A DNA stretch of 35,653 nt, from the NCBI RefSeq assembly GCF_006345805.1, contig NW_021828055.1, positions 1-35,653 of the forward strand. Direction: 5' to 3'. Origin of the DNA: Octopus sinensis. Its lineage: Eukaryota. Position 1 is the stretch's first letter. Every line of letters begins with the position of its first letter. Positions 34,097-35,653 of this stretch are shown here, one piece after another. The notes below the pieces were generated by a model, which saw only the letters and a program-made list of their open reading frames with translations, ran no database searches and had not been told where the DNA came from. A program made the translations under genes and the position numbers.

Positions 34097-34141
34097 CTTC
34101 TACTAGTATGTTGAGGTACTACCTCAACATACAAGTAGAAG
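34097..34141. repeat. 45-nt near-perfect palindrome
   Basis: 22-nt arms with one mismatch around a single central C at 34119. Confidence 0.95.
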
Positions 34142-34447
34142 ACTGTTTTCCAAAATGGAGTCGAACACCTTCATGTGATAGACTTGAAAACTTGTCTAGA
34201 CACAAGGATATTTTCCTACTTTTCTTAACATGAAACCAATGGTAGCCTTAATTCACAGATAAAGAAATTATGTACACGGCTACCAACGGCAAAAATATCT
34301 AGGAGCTTTGTTCTATTTTGTGTAAGAAACATTTTAAAAACCTTTTAAGCTAAAAAATTAAATATATAATTTCTTCAACTTTGTCTAACTAAGAAAAGAT
34401 TATCTCCCTTTTGATGGCGAATTATTCCCCAGAGGCAAACCACGTTC

Positions 34448-34673
<226 letters not shown>

Positions 34674-34759
34674 TGCTTCAACCTATTTGGCTCGGAATTC
34701 ACTTCAAAAAACGACAGGGATTTACAATTAGGATTAATTTCATTTGTGCTTGCCAAGTT

Positions 34760-34995
34760 TTTTTATTATTTATGTATTAACTTGTTCAGGATGCCGACAC
34801 AACTATATAGGCCAAACAAAGATGCCACTTAGACGGAGAACTATATTTCCTAAAGAAAAGATTCATTTCCCAAGGTGCAAATACATATCATTCAGCGAAC
34901 AAATAGAGATGTGCAGGGAATTTCCCCTTCTACAAGTGCAGGGAAACAATCTCTGTATAAGAATGATTAAATAAAATGAAAAATACAAACCGTAT
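34760..34995 (+). mobile_element. Degenerate PLE GIY-YIG fragment
   Basis: IYVLTCSGCRHNYIGQTK..LR.R...ISFSEQI, homologous to the PLE 1 endonuclease. Confidence 0.75.
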
Positions 34996-35444
34996 CTGGA
35001 TATGATGGCATAACCAATTTTGGATTTTTTAAATATTTAATTCATGAACGCATAACCAACTTCGTAGTATAAATACTGTAAATTTACCCTCCCCCAAAAG
35101 TGTAACCCACAAAAAGTGTTCCGCGAGAAATAACAATCACCAATTACCTCTCCTTAGATTTTTTGACATACTGGTTCATTTTCAAGCAATCTCTAATGCA
35201 AACAAAATGGACTAAAAACTCCTTAAAATGCTATGAAATTGCAGTATTTCCACCGATTTCCCAGCCATAATTAGCAAAACGCGAAACCGGTAGACTATGA
35301 TAATACTCTATTATAAAATATATTAAAAGTATATAGATTGTGTGCATTTTCCTTCTTTTACTATATGTTTGATATTTCTCACCCCTTCAACTTATTACTC
35401 AGTGAAAATCTCTTCATGGAAATTTCTTACCCTGTGTGTGTGTG

Positions 35445-35477
<33 letters not shown>

Positions 35478-35494
35478 CATGTGAGGTTTCTCAT

Positions 35495-35653
35495 GAGTGC
35501 TACCAGTAACATGGAATCCAGTGAAGTTGTTACATGGTCGAGTAATGGACGACTCAACCGGCTTCACCACTAGGCTTGCCTGATCAGGAGGGATACTAGA
35601 AACCCAGCAGGACTAAAAACAAGACTTGCCAAAGGGACAGATGAAACTTGTGT
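35495..35653 (+). mobile_element. Probable 5' leader of another RTE element, continuing beyond the window
   Basis: Diverged third copy of the leader module at 15497 and 20411. Confidence 0.55.

Noticed and set aside
34106-34132. TGAGGTAGTA on the minus strand suggesting let-7
   Set aside because: The match stops after 10 nt and spans the hairpin apex. It is not a pre-miRNA layout.

Overview
Repeat-rich eukaryotic genomic DNA, most likely an octopus (inferred from the SINE/LINE families and dense microsatellites; not provable from this window alone). The only host gene found is an MDH1B-like putative malate dehydrogenase on the minus strand. Four coding exons are supported by splice sites and phase (9337-9449, 5644-6740, 2158-2288, 95-269). 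Exon 1 was not located and the gene runs off the left edge. The 1.1 kb exon has two single-base deletions in short base runs. The rest is a nested transposon landscape: RTE LINEs (one near full length with an internal inversion), R4/Dong, HERO-like and Tx1-like LINE pieces, three Penelope-like element (PLE) copies, an internally deleted mariner, a piggyBac-type MITE, a Helitron helicase remnant, SINEs and a 1.13 kb near-tandem duplication. The most interesting signals are: (1) a near-intact PLE whose 3' repeat carries a minimal, probably dimeric hammerhead ribozyme with a U3-A8 covariant core, plus several more hammerhead motifs; (2) an RTE inversion bounded by a 17-bp inverted repeat that codes for endonuclease on one strand and RT on the other; (3) a ~340 bp inverted repeat pair flanking one MDH1B exon. 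All protein family calls come from my recollection of motifs, not from database searches.
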